Assembly: GCA_025061115.1 (NCBI GenBank)
Contig: JANZKC010000007.1
Coordinates: 1 to 14,387, forward strand
From: Candidatus Culexmicrobium cathedralense
GTDB taxonomy: Archaea > Thermoproteota > Methanomethylicia > Culexarchaeales > Culexmicrobiaceae
Reading direction: 5' to 3'
Length of the DNA stretch: 14,387 nucleotides
Notes under the pieces: generated by a model
What the model saw: the letters and a program-made list of their open reading frames with translations, nothing else
What the model was told of the DNA's origin: nothing
The model's database searches: none
Shown: piece after piece, positions 1 through 7,312 of the stretch
Layout: each line of letters opens with the position of its first letter
Position numbering within the stretch: position 1 is the first letter of the stretch
Translations under genes and position numbers: made by a program

Positions 1-1622
1 TCTAAAATTACATGTGTAATATTCTTTAAAACGTAATCTGAAGCAGTAATTGAATCTGCAAGATTTTTACCATATTCTTTAAGTATTTTATCTGCAGTTC
101 TACTTGCATCATGCAATGTAACATGGAATGCCCCTATAGTTGAAATATAATCTAAAGATGTAGTTGCATCCGCTATTTTTTTGCCTATATTCTTGGATAG
201 ATAGTCGATGCTGGTAATTGTCTCCGCCATATACTTTACAGTTTCTTTTACATGCCAATCGGCAACCTTAGAGCTGTCAGCCAGCTCTCTTACATATACG
301 CTTATTTTTCTGAAATCAAAGTCTCCATAAACTCTATCCATCAACATTTTACTTAAACTCTTAGAAATATAGTCTCCAACTGAGCTTAAATCTCTTAAAA
401 GCCTAACTGTGCTTTTTCGTGTAACGTCATAAACTGATGATGAGTCTCTAATGTTGATTGATGGAATTTTAGAAATTAGGTCGATCAATTTGCTTGAATC
501 GGTCAGAACAATGTATCGTGAAGCAATTTTAGATATGTAGTCTAATAGCTTGCCTGCATCGGTAAGTGTCACGTGGAATGACGCTGAAGGCTGGATGTAA
601 TCGAAAGCCTCTGCAGAATCAATTAGCATTACAGTTGGCTTTTTAACTATTCTGTCAATACCCTTAACTACTTCCCTAAGCACTTTGCCTCTAATGGTTG
701 TAAAATCAAAGTCTCCGAAAACCCTATCTATAAGCGACACGTAGTAGCCGAAGTTAATGTACTCGCATAAGCTGGCGTAATCCCTTAAAGCTCTGAGGAA
801 GCCTCTATTCAAATAATCGCTTATACTGGAGTAGTCGGAGATGATTATTTTAGGTTGCTTAGAAACGTAATCTTCAACTTCACCTATATCTACAATATCT
901 AAGTGGAAGCTCACAGTCCTAGAGAAATAATCTAATCCCTTACTAGTATCAACTAGCTTTTTGATTGAAGTTTTCCTTAATGAATCAGAAGCCTTGCCAA
1001 CATCAGTAATGCTGACTTCGTGTGCTACTCCTACTGGCAAGTCAATGTAGCTGTTTTTATGTGCTGATGCCCATTGATTCCAGTCTGATGTCCATGCATC
1101 GTAATATCCAAATATGACGCTTATAGTTTCATTTATTAGCCCATATGGATTAGATGAACCTATGCTCCATGCATCTGGCGTTTTCTCTATTACTGTTATG
1201 GTGTTGTCTGGATTTATTTTGAATTTGATTTTGGCATAACGGTTGTAGCTTCCATTGCTCCATCCAGCCCTGCTCATATTTATTCCAACCATTATCCAGC
1301 TCGGCGGGACTTGGTCTTTGTCAAGGTAGCTTGAAGGTGCAATGAACCACCTGAAATTAGCTCTAGTACTATTGTATCCGTGATATGCTCCAAACCAGCC
1401 TTCAATCGTTATGGTGTCGCCCTTAAGTTGCACTTGATGTGCAACTAGAAATCCATAGCAGTGTTGTGGATAAGTTACGTTTTGCTCGTAACTTCTTTTA
1501 TGGTCTGTGGCTGGCTGGTTTAACTGTATTGCAGGATAATTCCTATATGAATATCCAGTGTTATACATGAAGAAATGACCTTGAGTATCATTCCACCTAT
1601 CTGAAACATAATATTTAGTCAT
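1..1622 (-). CDS. Putative virion fibre/adhesin: ~195-aa aromatic-rich N-terminal domain plus ~18-20-aa repeats; truncated at window edge (>540 aa)
   Basis: Not in the ORF track; translated by hand. ATG at 1622-1620 with upstream GAGGGGG SD, open to position 1: MTKYYVSDRWNDTQGHFFMYNTGY... then repeats such as ITDVGKASDSLRKTSIKKL / LTDAGKLLDYISK / LADSITASDYVLK. The fibre call is inferred from repeat architecture and context. Confidence 0.8.
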   Translation of the reverse strand, partial: MTKYYVSDRWNDTQGHFFMYNTGYSYRNYPAIQLNQPATDHKRSYEQNVTYPQHCYGFLVAHQVQLKGDTITIEGWFGAYHGYNSTRANFRWFIAPSSYLDKDQVPPSWIMVGINMSRAGWSNGSYNRYAKIKFKINPDNTITVIEKTPDAWSIGSSNPYGLINETISVIFGYYDAWTSDWNQWASAHKNSYIDLPVGVAHEVSITDVGKASDSLRKTSIKKLVDTSKGLDYFSRTVSFHLDIVDIGEVEDYVSKQPKIIISDYSSISDYLNRGFLRALRDYASLCEYINFGYYVSLIDRVFGDFDFTTIRGKVLREVVKGIDRIVKKPTVMLIDSAEAFDYIQPSASFHVTLTDAGKLLDYISKIASRYIVLTDSSKLIDLISKIPSINIRDSSSVYDVTRKSTVRLLRDLSSVGDYISKSLSKMLMDRVYGDFDFRKISVYVRELADSSKVADWHVKETVKYMAETITSIDYLSKNIGKKIADATTSLDYISTIGAFHVTLHDASRTADKILKEYGKNLADSITASDYVLKNITHVIL

Positions 1623-1961
1623 AATGCCCCCTCATAGTAGAATCCATATTTGTCTCCGTCAAACCAGCTCCAGCCGTGAAATATGTGGTAGTCTTCTCCC
1701 CACTTAACTACATACAATATGTAATCGCCATCTTTACAGCTGAATTTAAGCTCTAGAATTGAAGTTAACTTTTTCTTTCCAGCATTTTCATCAAGTATTA
1801 TTGATTCAAATTCTCTGAGGCTTGCCCTCCTTCTAATAACCTTGTGAGATGCTAAGTTACTGCAAGGAACGAAAAAACTGAATGAAACTGCTTTTCCTCC
1901 TAACTATTACTTCTCTATCATCAATACAAATACTGCATTCGCCAAACTTTATCTCCGCCAT
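1619..1961 (-). CDS. Hypothetical protein split by a +1 frameshift near 1877-1871 (113 aa if joined); alternatively a pseudogene or sequencing error
   Basis: SD AGGTGA and ATG at 1961 give 34 codons (MAEIKFGECSICIDDREVIVRRKSSFIQFFRSLQ*). The +1 frame is open from 1903 to TGA at 1621-1619, which overlaps the next ATG (ATGA), and has no early start codon. Confidence 0.65.
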
Positions 1962-2046
1962 AAACTCACCTTAATCTGCATCAATTCAAATCCAAAAATA
2001 ACCTTAAATAACTTCTAATATATTGTTTTTTTAGAGGCGATTACAC
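1962..2046. promoter_or_regulatory. Divergent archaeal promoter region
   Basis: AT-rich gap between divergent starts (1961 minus, 2047 plus). A purine-rich run is followed by TATA-like CCTTAAATA (~2002-2010), which reads TATTTAAGG on the minus strand. SD motifs on both sides. Confidence 0.55.
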
Positions 2047-2637
2047 GTGAAAGATAAAGGTGTGGATATTGGGAGAATTCAGGGGTTTGTGGAAATAATC
2101 GTTAGAGACAAGCATGGAAGAGTTAAGGTTCATATTGGGAGACCGCCTTTTGTGAAGCTTCCAATGATGAAGAAGAAGAAAAATAACCCTCACAGCCTTC
2201 CAATAATGAGTTCTCTTCCAGCTAAAACCATTGACTTGGAGTACTGGCGTAAAAACATTATTACTAATGTTGGATTAGCCGAGATAGTTAGACTTGTATT
2301 CTCTGGGTTAACTGGAACTAAATTCGGCTACCTAGCTATTGGAACTGGCACCACAGCTGAAAGTGCAAGTGACACTGCATTGGAAGCTGAAATTGCACGT
2401 AAATCAGCTTCAGTTTCTCAGACTACTACAACCATTACGGATGACACAGCCCTCTTAGAGGCTACCTTTAGTTCCGCTGACGGGTTATCTGGCACACACG
2501 CAGTTAGTGAAGCTGGAATATTTAATGCAGCTTCGGGTGGAGTGCTTTTAGCTAGAAAAACCTTCTCAGCAGTAAATGTCAATTGGGATGCTGGGGACAG
2601 CTTGACAATAAGATACTACGTGCAGTTCACAAGATAA
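2047..2637 (+). CDS. Phage tail-fibre/baseplate attachment-like virion protein (DUF3751/gpH N-terminal-like)
   Basis: Motifs NIITNVGL...YLAIGTGTTA...DTALEAEIARK...EAGIFNAASGGVLLARKTF...DSLTIRY recognised as typical of this phage structural family. GTG start after GAGGCGA. Confidence 0.75.
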   Translation: MKDKGVDIGRIQGFVEIIVRDKHGRVKVHIGRPPFVKLPMMKKKKNNPHSLPIMSSLPAKTIDLEYWRKNIITNVGLAEIVRLVFSGLTGTKFGYLAIGTGTTAESASDTALEAEIARKSASVSQTTTTITDDTALLEATFSSADGLSGTHAVSEAGIFNAASGGVLLARKTFSAVNVNWDAGDSLTIRYYVQFTR

Positions 2638-2659
2638 CATTAAACAGAGGTGACTAGAA

Positions 2660-3031
2660 GTGCCAGTGAGGATAAGGGAGAAGCAGAGGATTAAAGGAAC
2701 AGTCACTCCATCAGCATTAAATACTGAAACTGACGTGATAAACCTTGCAGATCAGTCTGACGACTACATTATTGAGGGGTACATTGACTTGGCAAATATG
2801 GCTTCAGATGATGTAGTGGAGCTTAAAGCGTACATTGCAGTTGACGGAGCAAATCAAAGGCTAATGGACAAAATAACTTTCTCTGGCACTCAAGAAATAC
2901 CAGTAGTTAGAATTGTTGCTCACACAGTTCCGTATGACGGCAAGTTCAGAATAACTATTACTCAGAAGGCTGGAAGCGCATTGAAGTCATTTCCATATGC
3001 ATTCACGGTGCAGGTGATGGAGACAATCTAA
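2660..3031 (+). CDS. Hypothetical beta-rich protein, probably virion-associated
   Basis: 123-aa ORF with SD GAGGTGA and an alternating hydrophobic beta-strand pattern; lies in an operon with the tail-like gene. Confidence 0.7.
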   Translation: MPVRIREKQRIKGTVTPSALNTETDVINLADQSDDYIIEGYIDLANMASDDVVELKAYIAVDGANQRLMDKITFSGTQEIPVVRIVAHTVPYDGKFRITITQKAGSALKSFPYAFTVQVMETI

Positions 3032-3045
3032 ATGAGGTGAAAAAA

Positions 3046-3423
3046 GTGAGCTTCTGGCACCCAAACAAAATGCCCCTAACACTAATAGGGGCAGATGACA
3101 CTCAAAAGCAGGTGACAGGCACTGCTGAAACTGAAGTAAAATACCTCAGGTTCAGCCAGCCATCGGCAAATGCTTACAGAATGCTCAAAGTGAACTTAAG
3201 CCTATGGGTTTCAGGTGGAACGGGATACGCATACATATACATTAACGATGAAGCAACTCCTAGAATAACCCTCCAAACAACTTCAACTTCAGAGGAAGTG
3301 CTGTCTGGAGAATGCAGCATATCAGATCTTCCTGCTGGAGTCCACATAATTAAGCTGAAAATAAAGAACAGCGATGCAGGTCAAACAACTTATACTGAAT
3401 TGCTGGAGGTGTACGCTAGTTGA
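3046..3423 (+). CDS. Hypothetical beta-sandwich protein, probably virion-associated
   Basis: The track starts at 3037, but SD GAGGTGA (3034-3040) favours GTG at 3046. Thr/Ser-rich beta pattern with LPAGVHIIKLKIK. Stop overlaps the next start (TTGA). Confidence 0.7.
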   Translation: MSFWHPNKMPLTLIGADDTQKQVTGTAETEVKYLRFSQPSANAYRMLKVNLSLWVSGGTGYAYIYINDEATPRITLQTTSTSEEVLSGECSISDLPAGVHIIKLKIKNSDAGQTTYTELLEVYAS

Positions 3424-3887
3424 GTATTGACGTTAGAAGCTGTGAGGAATGCCAAATATGCGTTTCATGTGAAAACTGCTATGGATGCCAATCATGCTAC
3501 ACTTCATGCTACTCATGCTACTCATGTCAAAGATGCGATGTGTGCGACCGCTGCTATTCATGCTATGGCAGCTGCGAGACGTGTCAAAGGTGCTATGGCT
3601 GCCAAAGATGCGATGCATGTGAGAAGTGCTACACTTCATGCTATGGCTGCTATGCCTGCCAGACTTGTGATGAGTGTGAGCATTGCGTCTCATGCTACGG
3701 CAGCTGCGAGACATGTGCAACATGCGTTTTATGTGAGACATGCGATTCATGCCAAATATGCGTTGTATCGTGCTACTCATGCTATTCATGCGAATCATGC
3801 GATGCTGCCCAAACGTGCCCAACATGTCAAGTGTGCGCTGCCTGCGAATCATGCAATGTATGTGGACTTAATGTCATATCTGAGTAG
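3420..3887 (+). CDS. Cys-X-X repeat protein A (45 Cys in 155 aa); candidate radical SAM substrate or metal-binding fibre
   Basis: TTG start coupled to the upstream TGA, SD GGAGGTG. Cys at every third residue, with a CXXS unit at Cys 7, 14, 21, 28 and 35. Confidence 0.88.
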   Translation: MSIDVRSCEECQICVSCENCYGCQSCYTSCYSCYSCQRCDVCDRCYSCYGSCETCQRCYGCQRCDACEKCYTSCYGCYACQTCDECEHCVSCYGSCETCATCVLCETCDSCQICVVSCYSCYSCESCDAAQTCPTCQVCAACESCNVCGLNVISE

Positions 3888-3898
3888 GGGGAGTGAAA

Positions 3899-4411
3899 AT
3901 GAGTTTGAACATACGCAGAAGGGCGGTTAAAACTCCAGATATTAAGGATGTTGAGTGCCCCACGTGCGAAACCTGCGTTACCTGCGACCTATGCGTAACC
4001 TGCTACGGCAGCTGTGAGGCATGTCAAGTATGCGTAGGATGCCAGACTTGTGATGCCTGCCAGAAATGCAATGTAAGTTGCTACAGGTGCTACTCATGCC
4101 AGCGCTGCGACGCATGCGACCAATGCTACAGCTGCTACGGCAGCTGCGAGACATGTCAAGTGTGCGCAGCCTGCGAAACGTGTGATTACTGTCAAGAGTG
4201 CTATTCTTCATGCTATGTATGCTATTCATGCCAGACATGCGACGCATGCGACAAATGCTATACGTGTGAAGGCTCATGTGAGGCATGTCAAATCTGCGTT
4301 TCATGCGAAAAATGCGTGACGTGCTACTTCTGCAACACATGCGAGTCATGCAATACATGCCAAATGTGCTATGACACAACTTATACATGCCCAATAGGAG
4401 TTTACGTATAA
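3899..4411 (+). CDS. Cys-X-X repeat protein B (46 Cys); paralogue of A
   Basis: ATG 3899 (or GTG 3893) after GGGGGAGTGA. Same period, with CXXS at Cys 6, 13, 20, 27 and 34. Shares 24 identical nt with gene A (3693-3716 = 4133-4156). Confidence 0.88.
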   Translation: MSLNIRRRAVKTPDIKDVECPTCETCVTCDLCVTCYGSCEACQVCVGCQTCDACQKCNVSCYRCYSCQRCDACDQCYSCYGSCETCQVCAACETCDYCQECYSSCYVCYSCQTCDACDKCYTCEGSCEACQICVSCEKCVTCYFCNTCESCNTCQMCYDTTYTCPIGVYV

Positions 4412-4458
4412 AAATTAAAATAGTTAAAAGTCAAAAATAGTGATTGTAGGTGAAAGCC

Positions 4459-4722
4459 GTGTCGTGCAAAGTATGTTATGAATGTGAGAAATGCTTTACA
4501 TGTGAAAGGCAATGCGGAATATGCGTTGCATGTGAAGTTGGAGTAGCCCCTCAACCCCAACCTCAGAGAATGCCGCCGCAGCAAAGAAGACCTGCTCAGC
4601 CACCTAGAATGCAAATACAGCAGCCAATAACTAGAGAAGAAGTAAAGGAAATAATACTTGAAACTCTAATTGAACTTGGAGTCATAAAGCCAGCCAAAAG
4701 GAGAGAAGTAAACCTTGAATAG
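4459..4722 (+). CDS. Short Cys-X-X protein C (8 Cys) with Pro/Gln linker and amphipathic C-terminal helix
   Basis: SD AGGTGA (4448-4453) favours GTG 4459 (track: 4450). Sequence CKVCYECEKCFTCERQCGICVAC, then PQPQPQRMPPQQ..., then ITREEVKEIILETLIELGVI. Overlaps the rSAM start. Confidence 0.8.
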   Translation: MSCKVCYECEKCFTCERQCGICVACEVGVAPQPQPQRMPPQQRRPAQPPRMQIQQPITREEVKEIILETLIELGVIKPAKRREVNLE

Positions 4723-5845
4723 AATGCAATTTCCGCCGCTAGGCGAATTAACAGTATGGAATACAAGTAGATGTAACTTCAGGTGCAAATATTGCTTCGT
4801 CTTTAAATTATATGAGGATATTCCTCGCCAAGAAATGCAGAGAGAAACCATGAATGCACTACTGCATTTTGCACGCCACAATCTTAGAAGAGATGGAATG
4901 ATATGGTTTTTCGGCGGTGAGCCGCTGGTCAGCTTCGACACTATGAAGTATATTACTGAGAAGGCTGTTGCAGATAATCTCGCCATAAGATTTGGAGTTA
5001 CAACTAACTGCTACCTGCTCAACAAGGATATCCTCAAATGGATGAAAAAGTATGGTTACGGCATTCTATGCAGCATAGATGGACTGCAGAAAACACATGA
5101 CAAATACCGTGTATTGCCAGATGGCAGAGGCACATGGAAAGTAGTATGGGAGAACATAAAGAAAGTCAAGAAAATATTGAATCCAAATCCACAACTAAGA
5201 TGGACTTTTTCACCAGAAACAATTGACGGTCTTACCGAAGGATTAAAATTCTTCGTCAAGCATGGCTTCACAAACGTAGCAATAGACGCAGTATATGAAG
5301 TTGAATGGGACGAAGACAGCCTCAACCAACTTAGAGAAGAACTAACCAAAATGCGTGACTTCCTAGACAAATGCTATGAGAGAAACATACCAGTATTCAG
5401 CATGTTCGTTAGAGATGCAGCAACGGCAGTAATGAACAACAGAAGAATAAACTGGACTCAAAGATGTGGGTTAGGTCAAGGCGGAGTGGGAGTGGCTCCA
5501 GACGGCAAAATATACCCCTGTCACAGATTCTGTTCTTCAAGGAAGCTTGTGATTGGAAGTGTGTTTGACGGATTTTATCCAGAGAGGATATATTTGAACG
5601 AAGAGTGGCAAAAAGTTCCGCCTTACTGTGAGGTTCCAGAGAGATGTCTAAGTTGTAAATTCAAAAATGCATGTATGGGCGGCTGCCTTGCTGTGAACTA
5701 CGACTTATTTGGAGACATGCATATAGTTCCAAAAGCAATGTGCGACATAAAGAACATTGTAGTGGAAGTCTTTAAGCCGCTAGTTGTAAAGCATAAGGAT
5801 AATCCTACGTTTAGAAGAATATTCAAAGTTCAGGTGAGAGAATGA
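4715..5845 (+). CDS. Radical SAM/SPASM-domain protein (anSME/peptide-maturase-like)
   Basis: CNFRCKYC (CxxxCxxC), FFGGEPL, TTN and SIDG motifs. SPASM cysteines in CGLGQGGVGVAPDGKIYPCHRF and CLSCKFKNACMGGC...C. No N-terminal RRE extension. Confidence 0.95.
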   Translation: MNRMQFPPLGELTVWNTSRCNFRCKYCFVFKLYEDIPRQEMQRETMNALLHFARHNLRRDGMIWFFGGEPLVSFDTMKYITEKAVADNLAIRFGVTTNCYLLNKDILKWMKKYGYGILCSIDGLQKTHDKYRVLPDGRGTWKVVWENIKKVKKILNPNPQLRWTFSPETIDGLTEGLKFFVKHGFTNVAIDAVYEVEWDEDSLNQLREELTKMRDFLDKCYERNIPVFSMFVRDAATAVMNNRRINWTQRCGLGQGGVGVAPDGKIYPCHRFCSSRKLVIGSVFDGFYPERIYLNEEWQKVPPYCEVPERCLSCKFKNACMGGCLAVNYDLFGDMHIVPKAMCDIKNIVVEVFKPLVVKHKDNPTFRRIFKVQVRE

Positions 5846-6099
5846 GTAAAATTAAAAATTTAGTTAAAGCAGTTCTAGGATTAATAATTTTCACCTTATT
5901 TCTTATGGCTGTCGTCCCGTCGGCACCTGTGGTGGTTGCATTTTGGTTTATTCCAATAATAGTTCTAGTGATGGTTGGATGGTTTGCAGTAATTTTAGGA
6001 GTTGTAGCTTGGATTATAAATAAGTTGAAAAGAAAATCGAAGTTTTCTGATTTAACGAGAAGTCCTAAAAGCAATATGCGACGTAAAGACGCTTGTTAG
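5842..6099 (+). CDS. Small membrane protein (about 2 TM segments, basic termini)
   Basis: ATGA overlap with the rSAM stop; long hydrophobic stretch over roughly residues 7-59; Lys/Arg-rich tail. Confidence 0.7.
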   Translation: MSKIKNLVKAVLGLIIFTLFLMAVVPSAPVVVAFWFIPIIVLVMVGWFAVILGVVAWIINKLKRKSKFSDLTRSPKSNMRRKDAC

Positions 6100-6157
6100 G
6101 ATGCATCAAGATAATTCGGCATTCAGAAGAATGCTTAGAATGTAAGTGAGGGAGTAA
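6062..6157 (+). pseudogene. Decayed copy of the 3' end of the radical SAM gene
   Basis: Translates to VLKAICDVK--------TLVRMHQDNSAFRRMLRM*VRE* versus rSAM 5726-5845 VPKAMCDIKNIVVEVFKPLVVKHKDNPTFRRIFKVQVRE*. 17/31 aligned positions identical, a 24-nt deletion and one internal stop. Confidence 0.85.
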
Positions 6158-6200
6158 AGCAATTAACGCTGTTCACCAAAATAAATATGTGGTGTGAACT

Positions 6201-6848
6201 GTGAGTTACGAAGGCTTCATTGTTTTGCCTCCAGACTCAACTGGCAAAAAAGTTAGGACAATAGTTAAAGAAGTAAATGGATTTCAAGTTCACCATGAAG
6301 TTTTCTGCTTAACTTCACCTAGAACGCTGTATGGGGTTTACCAGTTCTGCCCCCGCATGCTGACTGGCTCTAAGGATGCTCTATATGTTTATCACGCCCT
6401 CATGAATCCGCCTGACTCTGAAAGAGATGTTGCTGTAAGGCGAATATGGATAAACGTCGTAACTATTAATCCAGCCAAAGTAATTGAAATGGCAGTTTGG
6501 CGAATAAATAGTGCAAGCGGCGGAGTAGATGTGGATCCCTCGTTTGTAGCTAAGAAGGACTCCAACTATCCAGATCCAACCATAACTATTAAGGAGGGAG
6601 ATCCAGCAAGTCCAATTACAGTTAATGTTACCGAGAAGCTCTTCAGCTTTGCAACTCCAAACTCTGCTGGTCAGACCATAGGCATTTATGACCTTGACTT
6701 TACACATGCAATTGACAGGAGAAGTGACATTATACTTCATGCTGGAGAGGGAATATGCATCCGCAATGAAGAGGCTGGAGATACAGATTTCAGAGTAGTG
6801 TGGATAATTGAGTGGGAAGAATACGCTGGATTAGGAGTCATATCTTAG
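6201..6848 (+). CDS. Hypothetical beta-rich protein, possibly virion-associated
   Basis: 215-aa ORF with SD GGTGTG. LPPDSTGKKVRT N-terminus and IILHAGEGICIRN...IEWEE C-terminus resemble jelly-roll phage proteins (inference). Confidence 0.7.
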   Translation: MSYEGFIVLPPDSTGKKVRTIVKEVNGFQVHHEVFCLTSPRTLYGVYQFCPRMLTGSKDALYVYHALMNPPDSERDVAVRRIWINVVTINPAKVIEMAVWRINSASGGVDVDPSFVAKKDSNYPDPTITIKEGDPASPITVNVTEKLFSFATPNSAGQTIGIYDLDFTHAIDRRSDIILHAGEGICIRNEEAGDTDFRVVWIIEWEEYAGLGVIS

Positions 6849-6857
6849 GGTTGAGCC

Positions 6858-7274
6858 ATGCCTTCAGTTGCAGTTAAGGCATACATGCTTTCAGGTTTGA
6901 GAGGCTACACTACTGCATACGGCAAGTCATACTATAATTGGGCTGACGAAAAGGCATCAAGAATACTAAGATACTTGAAGTTCACTTACAAAAGAGGTTT
7001 GCCATTAGACCTCCAAGACATGGCTGAAGCAATATACATTGAAAAGCTGCTGGGAATAGGGACGTTAAACCACTACAGATACCCGAAAATAATGTGGAAG
7101 CCAATCAAAAGTGCATTTACAAATCACAAGCCATCCCCCTTCATCAAAAGCTTCCTAAACTACCTGATAAACTGGCTCAAAGCAAACGGCTACGTAAACC
7201 AAGAAAACAAGGTAATTAAAATTCCATCCCTAGAGGAACTCGTAAAGCTGTGCACATTCCAGCCTGATCCCTAA
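6858..7274 (+). CDS. Hypothetical basic protein
   Basis: 138-aa ORF, ATG 9 nt after the previous stop, followed by an AT-rich gap. Confidence 0.7.
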   Translation: MPSVAVKAYMLSGLRGYTTAYGKSYYNWADEKASRILRYLKFTYKRGLPLDLQDMAEAIYIEKLLGIGTLNHYRYPKIMWKPIKSAFTNHKPSPFIKSFLNYLINWLKANGYVNQENKVIKIPSLEELVKLCTFQPDP

Positions 7275-7312
7275 AAAACAATTTTTTAAAATTATAAAGT
7301 ATAAAATACTGC

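Noticed and set aside
3427-3930. Ala/Met/His-rich overlapping ORF (+), and antisense ORFs 3433-3852 and 3978-4394
   Set aside because: Shadows of the TGY-NNN-NNN repeat. The Cys frames have SD sites, start/stop coupling and conserved periodicity.
3441-4390. Repetitive DNA as a possible CRISPR array
   Set aside because: Repeats are degenerate, codon-phased and coding, with no constant repeat and unique spacers, and no cas genes.
3420-4411. Calling the Cys proteins multiheme cytochromes or classical polyferredoxins
   Set aside because: No CxxCH motifs and no repeated CxxCxxCxxxCP motif with spacer regions; metal binding itself remains possible.
5842-6099. Holin assignment for the membrane gene
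   Set aside because: Only topology fits; there is no adjacent lysin, so it is left as an unspecified membrane protein.
5726-6157. rSAM 3' duplicate as a DGR template/variable repeat pair
   Set aside because: Differences are not adenine-specific, include a 24-nt deletion, and no reverse transcriptase is present in the window.
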